Assembly: GCA_963665735.1 (NCBI GenBank)
Contig: OY762444.1
Span: forward strand, 2,187,547 to 2,251,546
Reading direction: 5' to 3'
DNA length: 64,000 nt
DNA from: Dehalococcoidia bacterium
GTDB lineage: Bacteria; Chloroflexota; Dehalococcoidia; Lucifugimonadales; UBA3495
Shown here: in pieces, positions 36,434-45,890 of the stretch
How positions within the stretch are numbered: the first letter of the stretch is position 1
Layout: the number at the start of each line of letters is the position of its first letter
The notes under the pieces: model-generated
What the model saw: only the letters and a program-made list of their open reading frames with translations
Databases searched by the model: none
Told to the model about the DNA's origin: nothing
Made by a program: the position numbers and the translations under genes

Positions 36434-36817
36434 TTATCCCTGGCTGGGCGGAGGCAATGATTCCAGCTTGTCCAGGAACTTCTGCACCGAGTCAATGCCC
36501 GATTCTACGATGGCGCGGGTGGACCAGTTTTCGTAGAAGTTGAAATGCAGGCCGTTGGCCGTGGTGAACAGGGCGCCTAGTTCCCGGTCGCCGGTTTCGG
36601 CAACCAGCTTGTCAACGGCGTCGTGGAGCAGGCCGTGGGTCTGGTGGCTCCAGCCCCTGGTCACTGCCACGGACTTGACCATAGACGCCGCCGCTCCCCA
36701 TGCCTTTTCGGAGGCTTGGGCCACGTCGGACGATAGTTCTTCGCGGGCCTTGGCCAGCAATTCCCGGCTGCGGCCCTGATACCGGCGGGACATGGCCTCT
36801 TGCATTGCTGGCTGCAT
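36434..36817 (-). CDS. PaREP1-like (HEPN-fold) protein, dispersed paralog
   Basis: From MQPAMQEAMSRRYQ... Contains ..VAQASEKAWGAAASMVKSVA.. and ..LHFNFYENW... Confidence 0.6.
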   Translation of the reverse strand: MQPAMQEAMSRRYQGRSRELLAKAREELSSDVAQASEKAWGAAASMVKSVAVTRGWSHQTHGLLHDAVDKLVAETGDRELGALFTTANGLHFNFYENWSTRAIVESGIDSVQKFLDKLESLPPPSQG

Positions 36818-37107
36818 TTTGACAGTTCTCCGGTAGGGGACTGGACGCCCCAAAGTTTTTGGTCTTGATTGGGATTTTACACCCATACCGGGGCGGGTTT
36901 CCATCGGTGGGTGGTGTTGTACCGCCGGGATAGGGGCAAGCGTCAGAGTTCTCACCCCCTCCCTAACCCTCCCCCTGGTAGGGGGAGGGGACAGAAACCG
37001 ATTGTTGAATGGGGTTGCCCGTGTTGATGCCGTTGGGCGGGGGTGCGGGGGCTTTTCGTGTTAGAATGGGGGTGTGGGAATTTGGGTGGGACGTTTAAGG
37101 AGGGGTT

Positions 37108-37767
37108 ATGCCTGACAGGAAGGGAACCGGGCTGCTGATGGTGTGGGTGGACGTGCCGGCGGACAAGGAAGAGGAGTTTAACCGTTGGTACAACGAAGAG
37201 CATATACCGGAGCTTACCGCCATTCCAGGCGTGTTGAACGCGGCCCGCTATGAGGCGGTGCGGAGCGGCCCCAAGCATCTGGCCTGCTATGAGTTGGAGT
37301 CGCCGGCGGTGATGGACAGTCCGGGTTGGACTAACCGCACGCCCAGCGAGTGGGCGCAGCGGATTGGCCCGCGGGTCATCGGCAGCAACATGATAAACAA
37401 CGTCTATGAGATGATTCACCCGACGGCGTTGACCGACGAAATCGCCCAGTCGGACATGGCCCCGGCCCTGCAAATTGGCCGGATGGACCCGGTGGAAGGC
37501 CATGAGGACGAATGGAACCGTTGGTACAGCGGGGTGTATGTCCCCAACTACGAAAAGGTGCCGGGGTGCATCCGGGGCCGGCGTTGGAAGTGCGTCCGGG
37601 GCGCGCCGTCGTATTCGGTGGTGTACGAATTTGAGCACGAAGGGGTCTCGGATACGCCGGAGTGGGAGGCGCAGCGGGACATTAACCCGGACAACCCCCG
37701 GATGCGGGGCCTGATGGTTCACGCCGAGGGTTCGCCGGGAATCTGGAAGAAGACGTTCCAGCTTTAG
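37108..37767 (+). CDS. Tandem-domain EthD/DUF4286-like protein
   Basis: Two internal repeats, each with the pattern ..EEEFNRWYNEEHIPE.. / ..EDEWNRWYSGVYVPN... Confidence 0.6.
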   Translation: MPDRKGTGLLMVWVDVPADKEEEFNRWYNEEHIPELTAIPGVLNAARYEAVRSGPKHLACYELESPAVMDSPGWTNRTPSEWAQRIGPRVIGSNMINNVYEMIHPTALTDEIAQSDMAPALQIGRMDPVEGHEDEWNRWYSGVYVPNYEKVPGCIRGRRWKCVRGAPSYSVVYEFEHEGVSDTPEWEAQRDINPDNPRMRGLMVHAEGSPGIWKKTFQL

Positions 37768-37812
37768 CCCAAGACCGTTCAGCCATGCGATTCGACCCGG
37801 CATCCGGTTTCC

Positions 37813-38400
37813 ATGTTTCCGCTTGAACCCCAACAGGCCGGCAAAAGGTTGGCCCTTGCTTTCCTGGCCGGGCTGTTGCTGATAGCTCTGGGGTTGGCGG
37901 CGGTTTTGGCTGCTGGCGGGGTGGAGGCGCAACAGTCGGGGGCGCGGCCTTACCGGGCCATTGCCGGGCCTTTTCTCATTGGGGTTTACTCCAACGCCTC
38001 CAAGCTGTCGCTGGGAACGGTGGACTACGTGGTTACTGTTAATGAGCCAGTGACGGAGGCGCCCATCGGCGACGCGCGGGTGCGGATTAAGTCGGTGGCT
38101 GCCGAAAGCGGCGAAGAGGGTTGGGCGCTGGCCTTGAACACTCCCGACAAGCCGGACCATTACACCGCGCGAGTGGAATTGAAGGACGCCGGGGTGTGGA
38201 AAATGAGCGTGGAAGTCTCCAGCGACCGGGGCAAGGTGGAAATCGGCACGGCGTCCCAGGTGGTGCCAAAGCCGCGGCTGTCGGCGGCCGGCGGGTTCGT
38301 GTTCATCGGCGTTTTCATCGTCCTGGTTCTGGGGCTGCTGTATGCGGTTTGGACCATCCGCAAGGCGCAGCGGGCGCGGGACGCAGCTAGTGTTGGTTAG
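37813..38400 (+). CDS. Membrane-anchored YtkA/FixH-like beta-sandwich protein
   Basis: N-terminal and C-terminal TM segments flank a ~110-aa domain (..ARVRIKSVAAESGEEGW..YTARVELKDAGVWKMSVEV..). Precedes ctaG. Confidence 0.5.
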   Translation: MFPLEPQQAGKRLALAFLAGLLLIALGLAAVLAAGGVEAQQSGARPYRAIAGPFLIGVYSNASKLSLGTVDYVVTVNEPVTEAPIGDARVRIKSVAAESGEEGWALALNTPDKPDHYTARVELKDAGVWKMSVEVSSDRGKVEIGTASQVVPKPRLSAAGGFVFIGVFIVLVLGLLYAVWTIRKAQRARDAASVG

Positions 38401-38718
38401 CGGGTATGTTGAAAGTCCCTTCATCGCTCTTTTCCCAATGGGATGCCACCCCCACCCTAACCCTCCCCCTCGTGGGGGGAGGGGATTTATCACACACCCG
38501 CTAAGGGCGTTGGTTGTGGATTCCCGCTCCTTCGGCTTACGCTCAGGACAGGTTTCGCGGGAATGGCGGTAGGGGGCGGGCATGACGGTAATTCGGGGGC
38601 CAAGGCCGGCGCTGGCAAGGATTTCTGGATTCCGGCTCCTTCGGCTACGCTCAGGACAGGTTTCGCCGGAATGACAGTCGGGGGCGTGACTGACGGTTGA
38701 TGGCAGAACTGACGAATC

Positions 38719-39672
38719 ATGAAATTGACGACACCCCCTAGAACTCTGACGCTGGCGGCGGTAGTGGCCGGGCTGGTCTGGCTGGCGACGGCGGCGACGG
38801 CCCACGCCCACGGGGGCGTTGACCCGGGAGACAACATCTGGTTGGCGTGGAATTCCAACCCGACGCCCAGCCTGGCCCTTTTCCTGGCGGCATACCTGTA
38901 TATCAACGGGTTGAACAAGTGGCCGCAGCCGAGCCATCCGGTAGCGTTGTGGCAGAAGTGCTGCTTTTTCGCCGGGCTGTTCGCCATTTTCCTGGCCCTG
39001 CAATCGCCCATTGACCCGCTGGCGGAACACCAGCTTTCCATCCACCAGGTGCAACACCTGCTGCTGCGGATGATTGGGCCGCTGCTGGTGCTGACCGGGG
39101 CGCCGTTGACGCCGATGCTGCGGGGGCTGCCGTTGTGGATGCGGCAGGGGTTTGTCCGGCCCGTGGTAAGGTCGCGGTGGGGAAAGCAGACGTACCGGAT
39201 TTTGACCAATCCCATCGTGACCACGGTGGTCTTTCTGGGAACGTTGTACCTGTGGCAGGTGCCGTACCTGCACAACATGGCCGTCCGCAACGATTTCGTG
39301 CATGAGTGTATGCACGTTTCCATGCTGGTATCGGGGTTCCTGTTCTGGTGGGTGGTGATTGACCCCAAGCCCCACCGCTCGCGGCTGCACCACGGGCTGC
39401 GGGTGCTTTACCTGGGGTTGATTGTCATACCCAACACGCTGCTGGGGGCGGGTATTACGTTCAATTCGAACTTGATTTACGAGGCTTATTACGATTACCC
39501 GCAGCCCTTCGGGATGGCGCCGTTGACGGACCAGCAGTTGGGGGGGCTGCTGCTGTGGGTGGTGGGAGACATGATGAGCATTCTGGCCGCCGGGGTGGTG
39601 ATGGTGATGTGGTACCAGAAGGAACGGGCGGAGCATGAGCGGGAAGACCAGTGGGACCCGCTTTCGGGGTAG
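38719..39672 (+). CDS. ctaG: Cytochrome c oxidase assembly factor CtaG (Bacillus type)
   Basis: 317 aa and polytopic. Contains ..SIHQVQHLLLRMIGPLLVLTGAPLTP.. and ..DQQLGGLLLWVVGDM... Confidence 0.75.
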   Translation: MKLTTPPRTLTLAAVVAGLVWLATAATAHAHGGVDPGDNIWLAWNSNPTPSLALFLAAYLYINGLNKWPQPSHPVALWQKCCFFAGLFAIFLALQSPIDPLAEHQLSIHQVQHLLLRMIGPLLVLTGAPLTPMLRGLPLWMRQGFVRPVVRSRWGKQTYRILTNPIVTTVVFLGTLYLWQVPYLHNMAVRNDFVHECMHVSMLVSGFLFWWVVIDPKPHRSRLHHGLRVLYLGLIVIPNTLLGAGITFNSNLIYEAYYDYPQPFGMAPLTDQQLGGLLLWVVGDMMSILAAGVVMVMWYQKERAEHEREDQWDPLSG

Positions 39673-39900
39673 GAGGGTTAACCCCCACCCCAACCCTCCC
39701 CCTCGTAGGGGGAGGGGGATTTTGATGGGATGTTTTGGTTGGGCGACGACGGTTTGATGATGGGGTTTCTGGATTCCGGCCCCGTATCGTGGTAGTGGGT
39801 GACGTTCTTTCGCCGGAATGACGGTTGAGGGCAGGATTGGGGTTTTCTGACAGGGTTGCCGGGATGATGACAAGCAGGTTGCGAATTTAGGAGGAACGGT

Positions 39901-41010
39901 TTGGATACCAACGGGGGCCGTCCTGAACCCAGGTTTGACTGGTTTATTCCCATTGACGGCGATGGGGAACGCGCCGGGACGATGGAGGCGGAGAGGCCGC
40001 CGACTTTCGAGTATCTGCGCCAGGTGGTGCAGACGGCGGAAGACCGGGGGTTTTATTCGCTGTTGATTCCCACCCGGTTCGCCAACGGGCTGTTTTCGGA
40101 GGAGGCTCCATTGGCGGAGACCTGGACGACGGCGACGGCGTTGGCCGCAGTGACGCAGCGCATCCGGTTTCTGGTGGCGGTCAGGCCGGGGTTCATATCG
40201 CTGGGGCTTTTCGCGCAGATGGCGGCGGCGTTTCACCAGATTTCCGACGGGCGGCTGGACTTGAACATCGTGCCGGGGGGAATCCAGAACGACTTTGAGC
40301 GGCTGGGGGAGGTCAGCGACCAGGCCACCAGGTATCAGCGGGCGGAAGAGTTCATTGACGCTTGCAAGACTTTGTGGCGGCAGCCGGGGCCGGCGGACTA
40401 CGACGGGGAGTTTTACCGATTGCAGGGGGCCTATTGTTCGCCGTCGCCGGGGGAGTCCGGGCCGCGGTTCTACCTGGGCGGAGTTTCGGAGCGGGCGATG
40501 GGACTGTCGGCGCGGCAGGCCGACGTTCACCTGGGCTGGATTGAGCCGTTGGAGCAGACGGCGCAGCGGTTGGAGGCCCTGCGGGAGCAGTTCGGGCAGT
40601 CGGGAAGGACGCCGGTTTTCGGCATTCGGACTCACCTGGTAGTCAGGGACACGGAGGAAGAAGCCTGGCAAGCCGCCGAGGAATTGGTGGCCCACGCCGA
40701 CCCGCGGGTGAAGGCGCAACGGCAGTCGGCGACGGAGGGGGCGCCGATGGTGGGAGTGCAGGCGCAGGCAAGGAAGGCCCCCGACCACCGGCTGGCGCGC
40801 CACTTGTGGAACGGGTTGTCGGAGGTGCGGGTCAACTGCGGCAGCGCGCTGGTGGGAACGCCGGAGCAGGTGGCGGAGGAACTGCTGGGGTACTGGCAGT
40901 TGGGGCTGGACGAGTTTATCCTGTCGGGGTTTCCCCACGTGGAGGAATGTCACCGGACAGCGGACCAGGTTTTGCCGCTTTTGCGGGAGAAGATTGCCGC
41001 TTGGCGGTAG
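39901..41010 (+). CDS. LLM-class flavin-dependent monooxygenase (SsuD-like)
   Basis: TTG start 6 nt after AGGAGG. FDWFIPIDGDGERAGT.. resembles the SsuD/SfnG N-terminus. 369 aa. Confidence 0.8.
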   Translation: MDTNGGRPEPRFDWFIPIDGDGERAGTMEAERPPTFEYLRQVVQTAEDRGFYSLLIPTRFANGLFSEEAPLAETWTTATALAAVTQRIRFLVAVRPGFISLGLFAQMAAAFHQISDGRLDLNIVPGGIQNDFERLGEVSDQATRYQRAEEFIDACKTLWRQPGPADYDGEFYRLQGAYCSPSPGESGPRFYLGGVSERAMGLSARQADVHLGWIEPLEQTAQRLEALREQFGQSGRTPVFGIRTHLVVRDTEEEAWQAAEELVAHADPRVKAQRQSATEGAPMVGVQAQARKAPDHRLARHLWNGLSEVRVNCGSALVGTPEQVAEELLGYWQLGLDEFILSGFPHVEECHRTADQVLPLLREKIAAWR

Positions 41011-41265
41011 GGGTGACAAGGGACGGAGCACCCCCTCCCTGGCCCTCCCCCTGAGTAGGGGGAGGGGATTTTTCCGCCGGAGTTCCTGGTTAGGCGAGGT
41101 TGGTTTGGGCAAGGGACGGGCGGGTTTGAAACCCGCCCCTACGACGGGATGGACGGAATCGCCGCGAATGAAAATGGCTGGGCTGATAAGTTGGTGTTTG
41201 CCCCTGGTTGGGCGGGTGTGGTAAATTGGCGGCAAGAATTTCCGATGGTTGGTCAGGAGGGTTGA

Positions 41266-41451
41266 ATGGCTTACGTTACGCCGAGAGAGGGCGAAAGCCC
41301 GGAGAGTCTGGTTAACCGTTTCCGCGCGTCGGTGCAGCACGCCGGTATTCTGCGGGAGTTGAAAGACCGGCGGTTTTTCCGGTCGAAGGCGCAGAAGGAA
41401 CGGCTGGCTGCCCAACGGGCCGCCCGGCGTCGGCGCCGGCAGCGGCGGTAG
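41266..41451 (+). CDS. rpsU: 30S ribosomal protein S21
   Basis: 61 aa with ..ESLVNRFRASVQHAGILRELKDRRFFRSKAQKERL.. and a basic tail. Confidence 0.9.
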   Translation: MAYVTPREGESPESLVNRFRASVQHAGILRELKDRRFFRSKAQKERLAAQRAARRRRRQRR

Positions 41452-41566
41452 GAACCAGCCCCGGGTTGCCGGGTTAACGATGATAAGGGCCTTCGGTTGC
41501 GGAGGCCTTTTCTTTTGGTCGGGTGTGATGCGTATCTCCTAGTCGTTTCCGCAACTTGGTTTGTCG

Positions 41567-41869
41567 TCATTCCCATCCCATACCGTCATATCGGCGGGGG
41601 CCGGTATCCAGGACTCTTTGACTTTGCGGACGCTGTTGTGTGCTTGGGATTTCTGGATTCCGGCTTTCGCTGGGATGACGGGTTGGATATGGCGAATCCG
41701 GTTTGATTTCAGTTTCTTCGCCGGTTTCCGGTGGGTCAGTTGCCGCGTCCGGCGCAACTCTGTGCAACGGTATCTCGGCTAGAAGTTTGTTCTTCATTGC
41801 CTCGATGCGCTGGCGGCGTTCCGGCGTGAAGTCTTTGGTTAGTTCGTTGAAGGGATGACGTCCGTTCAT
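41567..41869 (-). pseudogene. Remnant of an XRE-type antitoxin-like gene running into REP units
   Basis: Only the first ~36 codons (FNELTKDFTPERRQRIEAMKNKLLAEIPL) look like a real protein. The rest translates REP family A sequence. Confidence 0.3.
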
Positions 41870-42112
41870 TCGATTAGTCCTTCTCTAAGGATTTCTGGAT
41901 TCCGGCTTTCGCCGGAATGACGGGTTATCCATGTTGCGAAGGGCCTTGTGCTTTGGCCGCGTAGGGGGGGGTTCCCTTAGCGGGTGTGTTGAGGTCCCCC
42001 TCTTCGCTCCTTTCTTAACGGGATTCCACCCCCACCCTAACCCTCCCCCTAACAGGGGGAGGGGATTTGTTACACGCCCGCTCGTAGGGGGAGTGGGTTT
42101 GTTTCAAACCCA

Positions 42113-42976
42113 CTAGAGCGGGATTCGCATTAGTTCTTCGGAGAAGACTATTTGGCCGTTGTAGATGCGGCTGATGTCGCCGATGCCCTTTTCCATCGGG
42201 CCGTGGCCGGCCAGGTGGGGGCCGACGTGAACCAAGACCAGTTTCTTGACTCCGGCTTCCTGGGCCAGCCGGGCCGCTCCCAAGGTGCCGCACTGGCCGT
42301 TGAACTCCCCGTTTTCGTCCATAGTCTCCTGGTCGTCCCAGCACATACAGAGCATAACGTCGGCGTTTTGGGCCAAGGCCGCCACCGACGGGCAGGGCTG
42401 GGTGTCGCCGGTGACAACCACGCTGCCCCGGGAAGAGTCGAGGCGGTAGGCCAAGGAGTCCAGCCAGGGTTGGACGTGCTCGGCGGGGGCGGCGGTTATC
42501 TGCCAGTCGGGGCCGTTGAAAACCAGGCCGGGGCCAACGTCTTTGGCATCCACCGACGGCGGCGGGCGGGGCAAGGAACCGCCCCGATTGACGTGGACTT
42601 GCTGGCTCAAAGGGTGGTTGACCCTGGCCCTCCAGTCGTGGGCGAAAAGGCCGTCTTCGCCGATAATTCCTTCGGTTATCTTTTCGGTCAGGTTGGGGCC
42701 GAATACCTGGAGGCGGTTTTCCCGGCCAATGCTCTGGTCCCAGCGGCAGAGCAGGAAACAAGGATAGTCTATGTCGTGGTCGAAGTGGTGATGGGTGAAA
42801 AACAGGTAGTCAACCTGGGTGGGAAAGAAACCGGCTTTGACCAGCTTATGGGTGGCGGCGGGGCCACAGTCGAACATCACCAGGTCGCCGCCCACCCGCA
42901 CCAGGTGGGAACTGCCGAACCGGGTGGGGGTCGGCGTGGGAGTGCCGGCGCCCAAGGTTATGATTTCAGCCGGCAT
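42113..42976 (-). CDS. MBL-fold metallo-hydrolase
   Basis: From MPAEIITLGAGTPTP... Contains the FFTHHHFDHDIDY motif. 287 aa. Confidence 0.85.
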   Translation of the reverse strand: MPAEIITLGAGTPTPTPTRFGSSHLVRVGGDLVMFDCGPAATHKLVKAGFFPTQVDYLFFTHHHFDHDIDYPCFLLCRWDQSIGRENRLQVFGPNLTEKITEGIIGEDGLFAHDWRARVNHPLSQQVHVNRGGSLPRPPPSVDAKDVGPGLVFNGPDWQITAAPAEHVQPWLDSLAYRLDSSRGSVVVTGDTQPCPSVAALAQNADVMLCMCWDDQETMDENGEFNGQCGTLGAARLAQEAGVKKLVLVHVGPHLAGHGPMEKGIGDISRIYNGQIVFSEELMRIPL

Positions 42977-43841
42977 CGTTGTCCAGGTACTCGCGGATTT
43001 CGGACAAGACCAGGTGGGGGTGTTCCATCGGAACGAAGTGGGAGCCGCGGGGCAACGGCTTGACCTCAAAGTTGGCCGTCTCCCTGATAAGGTGCTGCAC
43101 GGCGTCGTCCTGTTCGGTCTGGGCGCCGTCGTAGTTGCCCACCAAGAGGCGGTAGCGGCCTTTGAGTCCGCGCAGGGTGACGGCGGGGTCGAGTTCAACA
43201 CGACTCCGGTAGAAGGCGGCTTCGGCTTCGTTGGCGCATTTCAGTTCGGCCCGGCCATCGTCAAGGATGCGGGTGCCGTGCCGGATGTAATCGTCAAAGA
43301 CTTCATCGGCCCAGGGCTTGAAAACGGGGCGTTCCCGGTAGGCGGCGTGCATGGCCTCGCGGCTGTCCCAGATGGGCCGTTTGCGGACGGTGCGCTCCAT
43401 GCGCTGCGCCCGTTCTTCGGGGGAAAGGAGCATCATGGGACTGGCGCCGACGCGGGTGTCCACCAGGGCCACCTTGTCCACCAGGCCGGGGAACATACTG
43501 TCGGCGATGAGCAGGGACATACCGCCGGCGGAGTGGCCGATGCCCCAGGCGCGTTGCAGCCCAAGGGCCTGCATGAAGGCGGCGGTGTCGGCGCCGATTT
43601 GGTGGAAGGTGTAGCCGTCGCCGGGGTTGTCGGTGTCGCCGTGGGCGCGGAGGTCGGGACAGAGGACGTGGTAGTCGCGGGCCAGGTCGCGGGCCATGAC
43701 GTTCCAGACCTGGGCGCAGAATCCGATGGCGTGAACCATGACCACGGGGCGGTTTTGGGGGTCGCCCCAGGCCAAGTAGTGGTGGCGGAGGCCGTTGGCC
43801 TGGATGAATTTGCTTTCGGGCTGCAAGGTTTTCTCTTCCAT
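42966..43841 (-). CDS. Alpha/beta hydrolase
   Basis: 291 aa. Has the nucleophile elbow GHSAGG and ..VVMVHAIG... Overlaps the downstream start by 11 nt. Confidence 0.85.
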   Translation of the reverse strand: MEEKTLQPESKFIQANGLRHHYLAWGDPQNRPVVMVHAIGFCAQVWNVMARDLARDYHVLCPDLRAHGDTDNPGDGYTFHQIGADTAAFMQALGLQRAWGIGHSAGGMSLLIADSMFPGLVDKVALVDTRVGASPMMLLSPEERAQRMERTVRKRPIWDSREAMHAAYRERPVFKPWADEVFDDYIRHGTRILDDGRAELKCANEAEAAFYRSRVELDPAVTLRGLKGRYRLLVGNYDGAQTEQDDAVQHLIRETANFEVKPLPRGSHFVPMEHPHLVLSEIREYLDNDAG

Positions 43842-44039
43842 TGTTTTCTTTCGGGGGGCGGGAAACAGTCTAGGATTTGGGGGGCGATGGTGTCAAACGT
43901 GGGGGCACCCCCTCCCTAACCCTCCCCCTAGCAGGGGGCGGGAGCAATCGGGCGGGTGAAAATTTTACCTTTTTGTCCATTTTCGCCCATTATTGACCAT
44001 TTGAGCGTGGAGCCGGGGGTTGGATGTGTCCAGGGAGTG

Positions 44040-44110
44040 TCCATTTTGGGGGATATTTGGGCGGTTTTGGCGATTTTGGACACTTTTTGGGCGGGTTTTG
44101 GTCAGGTTTT
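44040..44110. repeat. Phased T-tract repeats (TTTTGG every 10-11 bp, about 6 units)
   Basis: CCATTTTGGGGGATATTTGGGCGGTTTTGGCGATTTTGGACACTTTTTGGGCGGGTTTTGGTCAGGTTTT. Confidence 0.8.
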
Positions 44111-44496
44111 ACCCCCTCCCCAACCCTCCCCCTGGTAGGGGGCGGGGGTTTTTGTTTTCCGTGGGATTTAGTGGCATTGTGGGTCATTTTGGTTGGGGGT
44201 AGGCGGCGTTGGTTCCAGGCAAGGATGTGGATTCCCGCTTTCGCGGGAATGACGATTATTCAGGAGCCAACGTCAGTCGTGGCAAGGATTTCTGGATTCC
44301 GGCCCGTTCGGCGGTGCTCAGGGCGGGCTCTTCGCCGGAATGACGGGCAGATGGCGGCGGCGTTTTCACCCCCTCCCCGGCCCTCCCCCTGGTAGGGGGC
44401 GGGAGCAATCGGGCGGGGGATGAAATTTTACCTTTTTGTTGGAAAAAGCGCTCATTTTTAATCAAAAGCGCTCATTGTTGGGGGAAAAATGATTAG

Positions 44497-44537
44497 TTTT
44501 GAGCGGTTTTGACCACTTTTGAGCAGGTTTTGAGCAG
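44497..44537. repeat. Four phased 10-11-bp iteron-like repeats TTTTGAGCRG/TTTTGACCAC
   Basis: TTTTGAGCGG TTTTGACCAC TTTTGAGCAGG TTTTGAGCAG. Preceded by AAAGCGCTCATT x2 (44446-44478). Confidence 0.8.
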
Positions 44538-44674
44538 ATCTATTCGGTTGTCTTGGGGCCTCCCTTTTGGTTGGTTTGGGGGTTCCGGCGTTGGGATTTC
44601 AGGGTTGCCCGGCCGGGCGTTCCGGCTTTGCCCCGTCCCTTCAAGGGGGACGTTAAGCATCCGCCGGTGGGTAT

Positions 44675-44812
44675 GGCCGACTACCGCCGCTACCACCCCG
44701 CAGGGGAGCAGCCACCCGTCGTCCAGGGGCACGGGCCGACTATTGCCGCTGCCACCCCGCAGGGGAGCGGTCGCCCGTCGTCCAGGGGCCGGACCGACTT
44801 TGCCAGCCGGGT
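44675..44812. repeat. 59-bp tandem repeat x2.3, each unit with an internal hairpin
   Basis: GGCCGACTAYYGCCGCTRCCACCCCGCAGGGGAGC..CCCGTCGTCCAGGGGC starts at 44675, 44734 and (partial copy) 44791. The CCGCT..CCCC-GCA-GGGG-AGCGG portion can pair. Confidence 0.85.
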
Positions 44813-44980
44813 TCTCCCGAGGGAGAAGGGCCGACGCCCGTCGGTGGGGGCAGTTGCCGCAGCGGAGTCGTTAGACCTCGCATCGGATAAGAGCCATGGT
44901 TATCCGGGAGGGACTCTCGACGCAAACGGCGGGATTGGTGTTACATGGGCGGTTCCTCCTGGGTTTAGGATTTGGGTACA

Positions 44981-45054
44981 AAGAAAGGGACGGCCCCCTT
45001 ATTGAGGGTCGTCCCTACGTTGGTCATGTTACATAATGGGAGGTTGGTTGTCAA
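44981..45054 (-). promoter_or_regulatory. Promoter-like element + conserved hairpin (module copy 2, decayed downstream)
   Basis: Minus strand TTGACA (45054-45049), 17 nt, TAACAT (45031-45026), 7 nt, then GTAGGGACGACCC-TCAATAAGG-GGGCCGTCCC-TTTCTTT. Confidence 0.5.
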
Positions 45055-45059
45055 GGGGG

Positions 45060-45720
45060 TGTTTGTCAGTGTTGGGGTGGTTCGACAGGCTCACCACGAA
45101 CGGGTTGGCGGGGGGTTCCTGGATTCCGGCCTTCGCCGGAATGACGGGTTGGGGGTGGGAGTGGTGGTTACAGGCGGGGATGTGGATTCCCGCTTTCGCG
45201 GGAATGACGGTGGGGGCGTGGGGGTGTTGGTTTGGGGCAAGGGTTTCTGGATTCCGGCCTTCGCCGGAATGACGGGGTGGGGGTGGAGGTTGGTTTCGTG
45301 GGGGTGAGGTTGGTTTGGGGTGAGGATGTGGATTCCCGCTCCTTCGGCTACGCTCAGGACAGGTTTCGCGGGAATGACGGTGGGGGTGGTTCGACAGGCT
45401 CACCACGAACGGGATGGCGGGAGATTTCTGGATTCCGGCCTTTTTCGCGGGAATGACGGGGTGGGGGGGATTTGTTTCCGGCAATCGGGTTGGTGGTGAA
45501 GGTTGGTAGGGGCGCACGGCCGTGCGCCCCTACGGGTGGTCAGGGGCGTTTCGTGGGGGCGAGGTTGGTTTGGGTCGGAGGTTTCTGGATTCCGGCTTTT
45601 GCCGAAATGACGGGGTGGGGGCGGGAATTGCGGGTTGGGGGTGGGGGAATTTTTGCCAAGGCAAGGTTGTTGGGGGCGAGGAACGGGCGGGTTTGAAACC
45701 CGCCCCTACGGGTGGTTGAG
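45060..45720. repeat. Dense REP/MITE-like array (families A, B, C, E and variants)
   Basis: More than ten units back to back, for example GGATTCCGGCCTTCGCCGGAATGAC, the palindrome at 45506-45533, and GGGCGGGTTTGAAACCCGCCCCTAC near 45685. Confidence 0.9.
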
Positions 45721-45890
45721 GGGATTTGATGTCTAGGGGCGGGAGTTTTGTTGTTTGGGGTGTTGGGCGGTGTCCGAGTTGGGGGCGTGATGGTAGTATG
45801 GCCGGGATTAGGGTCTGGGAGTGATTGGCGCTTGGGACTCAACTACATCCTTGGTTGGGGAGGCTGCATCCCTCGTTGGAACCGTCTTTG

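Noticed and set aside
36952-41415. Giant 1487-aa minus-strand ORF
   Set aside because: The translation is Pro/Arg/Gly-rich low complexity with REP-derived segments. It is antisense to five well-supported plus-strand genes (EthD-like, YtkA-like, ctaG, LLM monooxygenase, rpsU). This is the typical stop-free antisense frame of high-GC DNA.
41480-41520. Terminator after rpsU (GGCCT-N10-AGGCC-TTTTCTTTT)
   Set aside because: The stem is only 5 bp with a 10-nt loop, which is too weak to call confidently.
43921-44540. Chromosomal oriC
   Set aside because: There are no convincing DnaA boxes (TTATCCACA), only a CGGATAA..TTATCCG inverted repeat at ~44883-44906. No dnaA or dnaN is nearby. The phased repeats are reported as a finding without this label.
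44941-44960. Start-stop mini-ORF (AGGAGG-N8-ATG-TAA) on the minus strand as a regulatory device
   Set aside because: Alignment with the intact module at 19.6 kb shows that ATGTAACAC corresponds to ATGCAACAC. It is therefore more simply a CAA-to-TAA decay of a duplicated leader.
44600-45020. tmRNA, RNase P RNA, SRP RNA or a cobalamin/TPP riboswitch in the structured non-coding stretch
   Set aside because: I could not find the diagnostic conserved sequences on either strand. These are the tRNA-like 3' end with an ..ALAA tag frame, GAGGAAAGUCCGG, the GGAAGCAGCC domain IV, the B12 box, and CUGAGA..ACCUGA.
45060-45820. Possible CRISPR array in the dense repeat regions (also 19037-19500 and 53090-53900)
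   Set aside because: The repeats belong to several different palindromic families in both orientations, with irregular spacing and no unique equal-length spacers. No cas genes are in the window.
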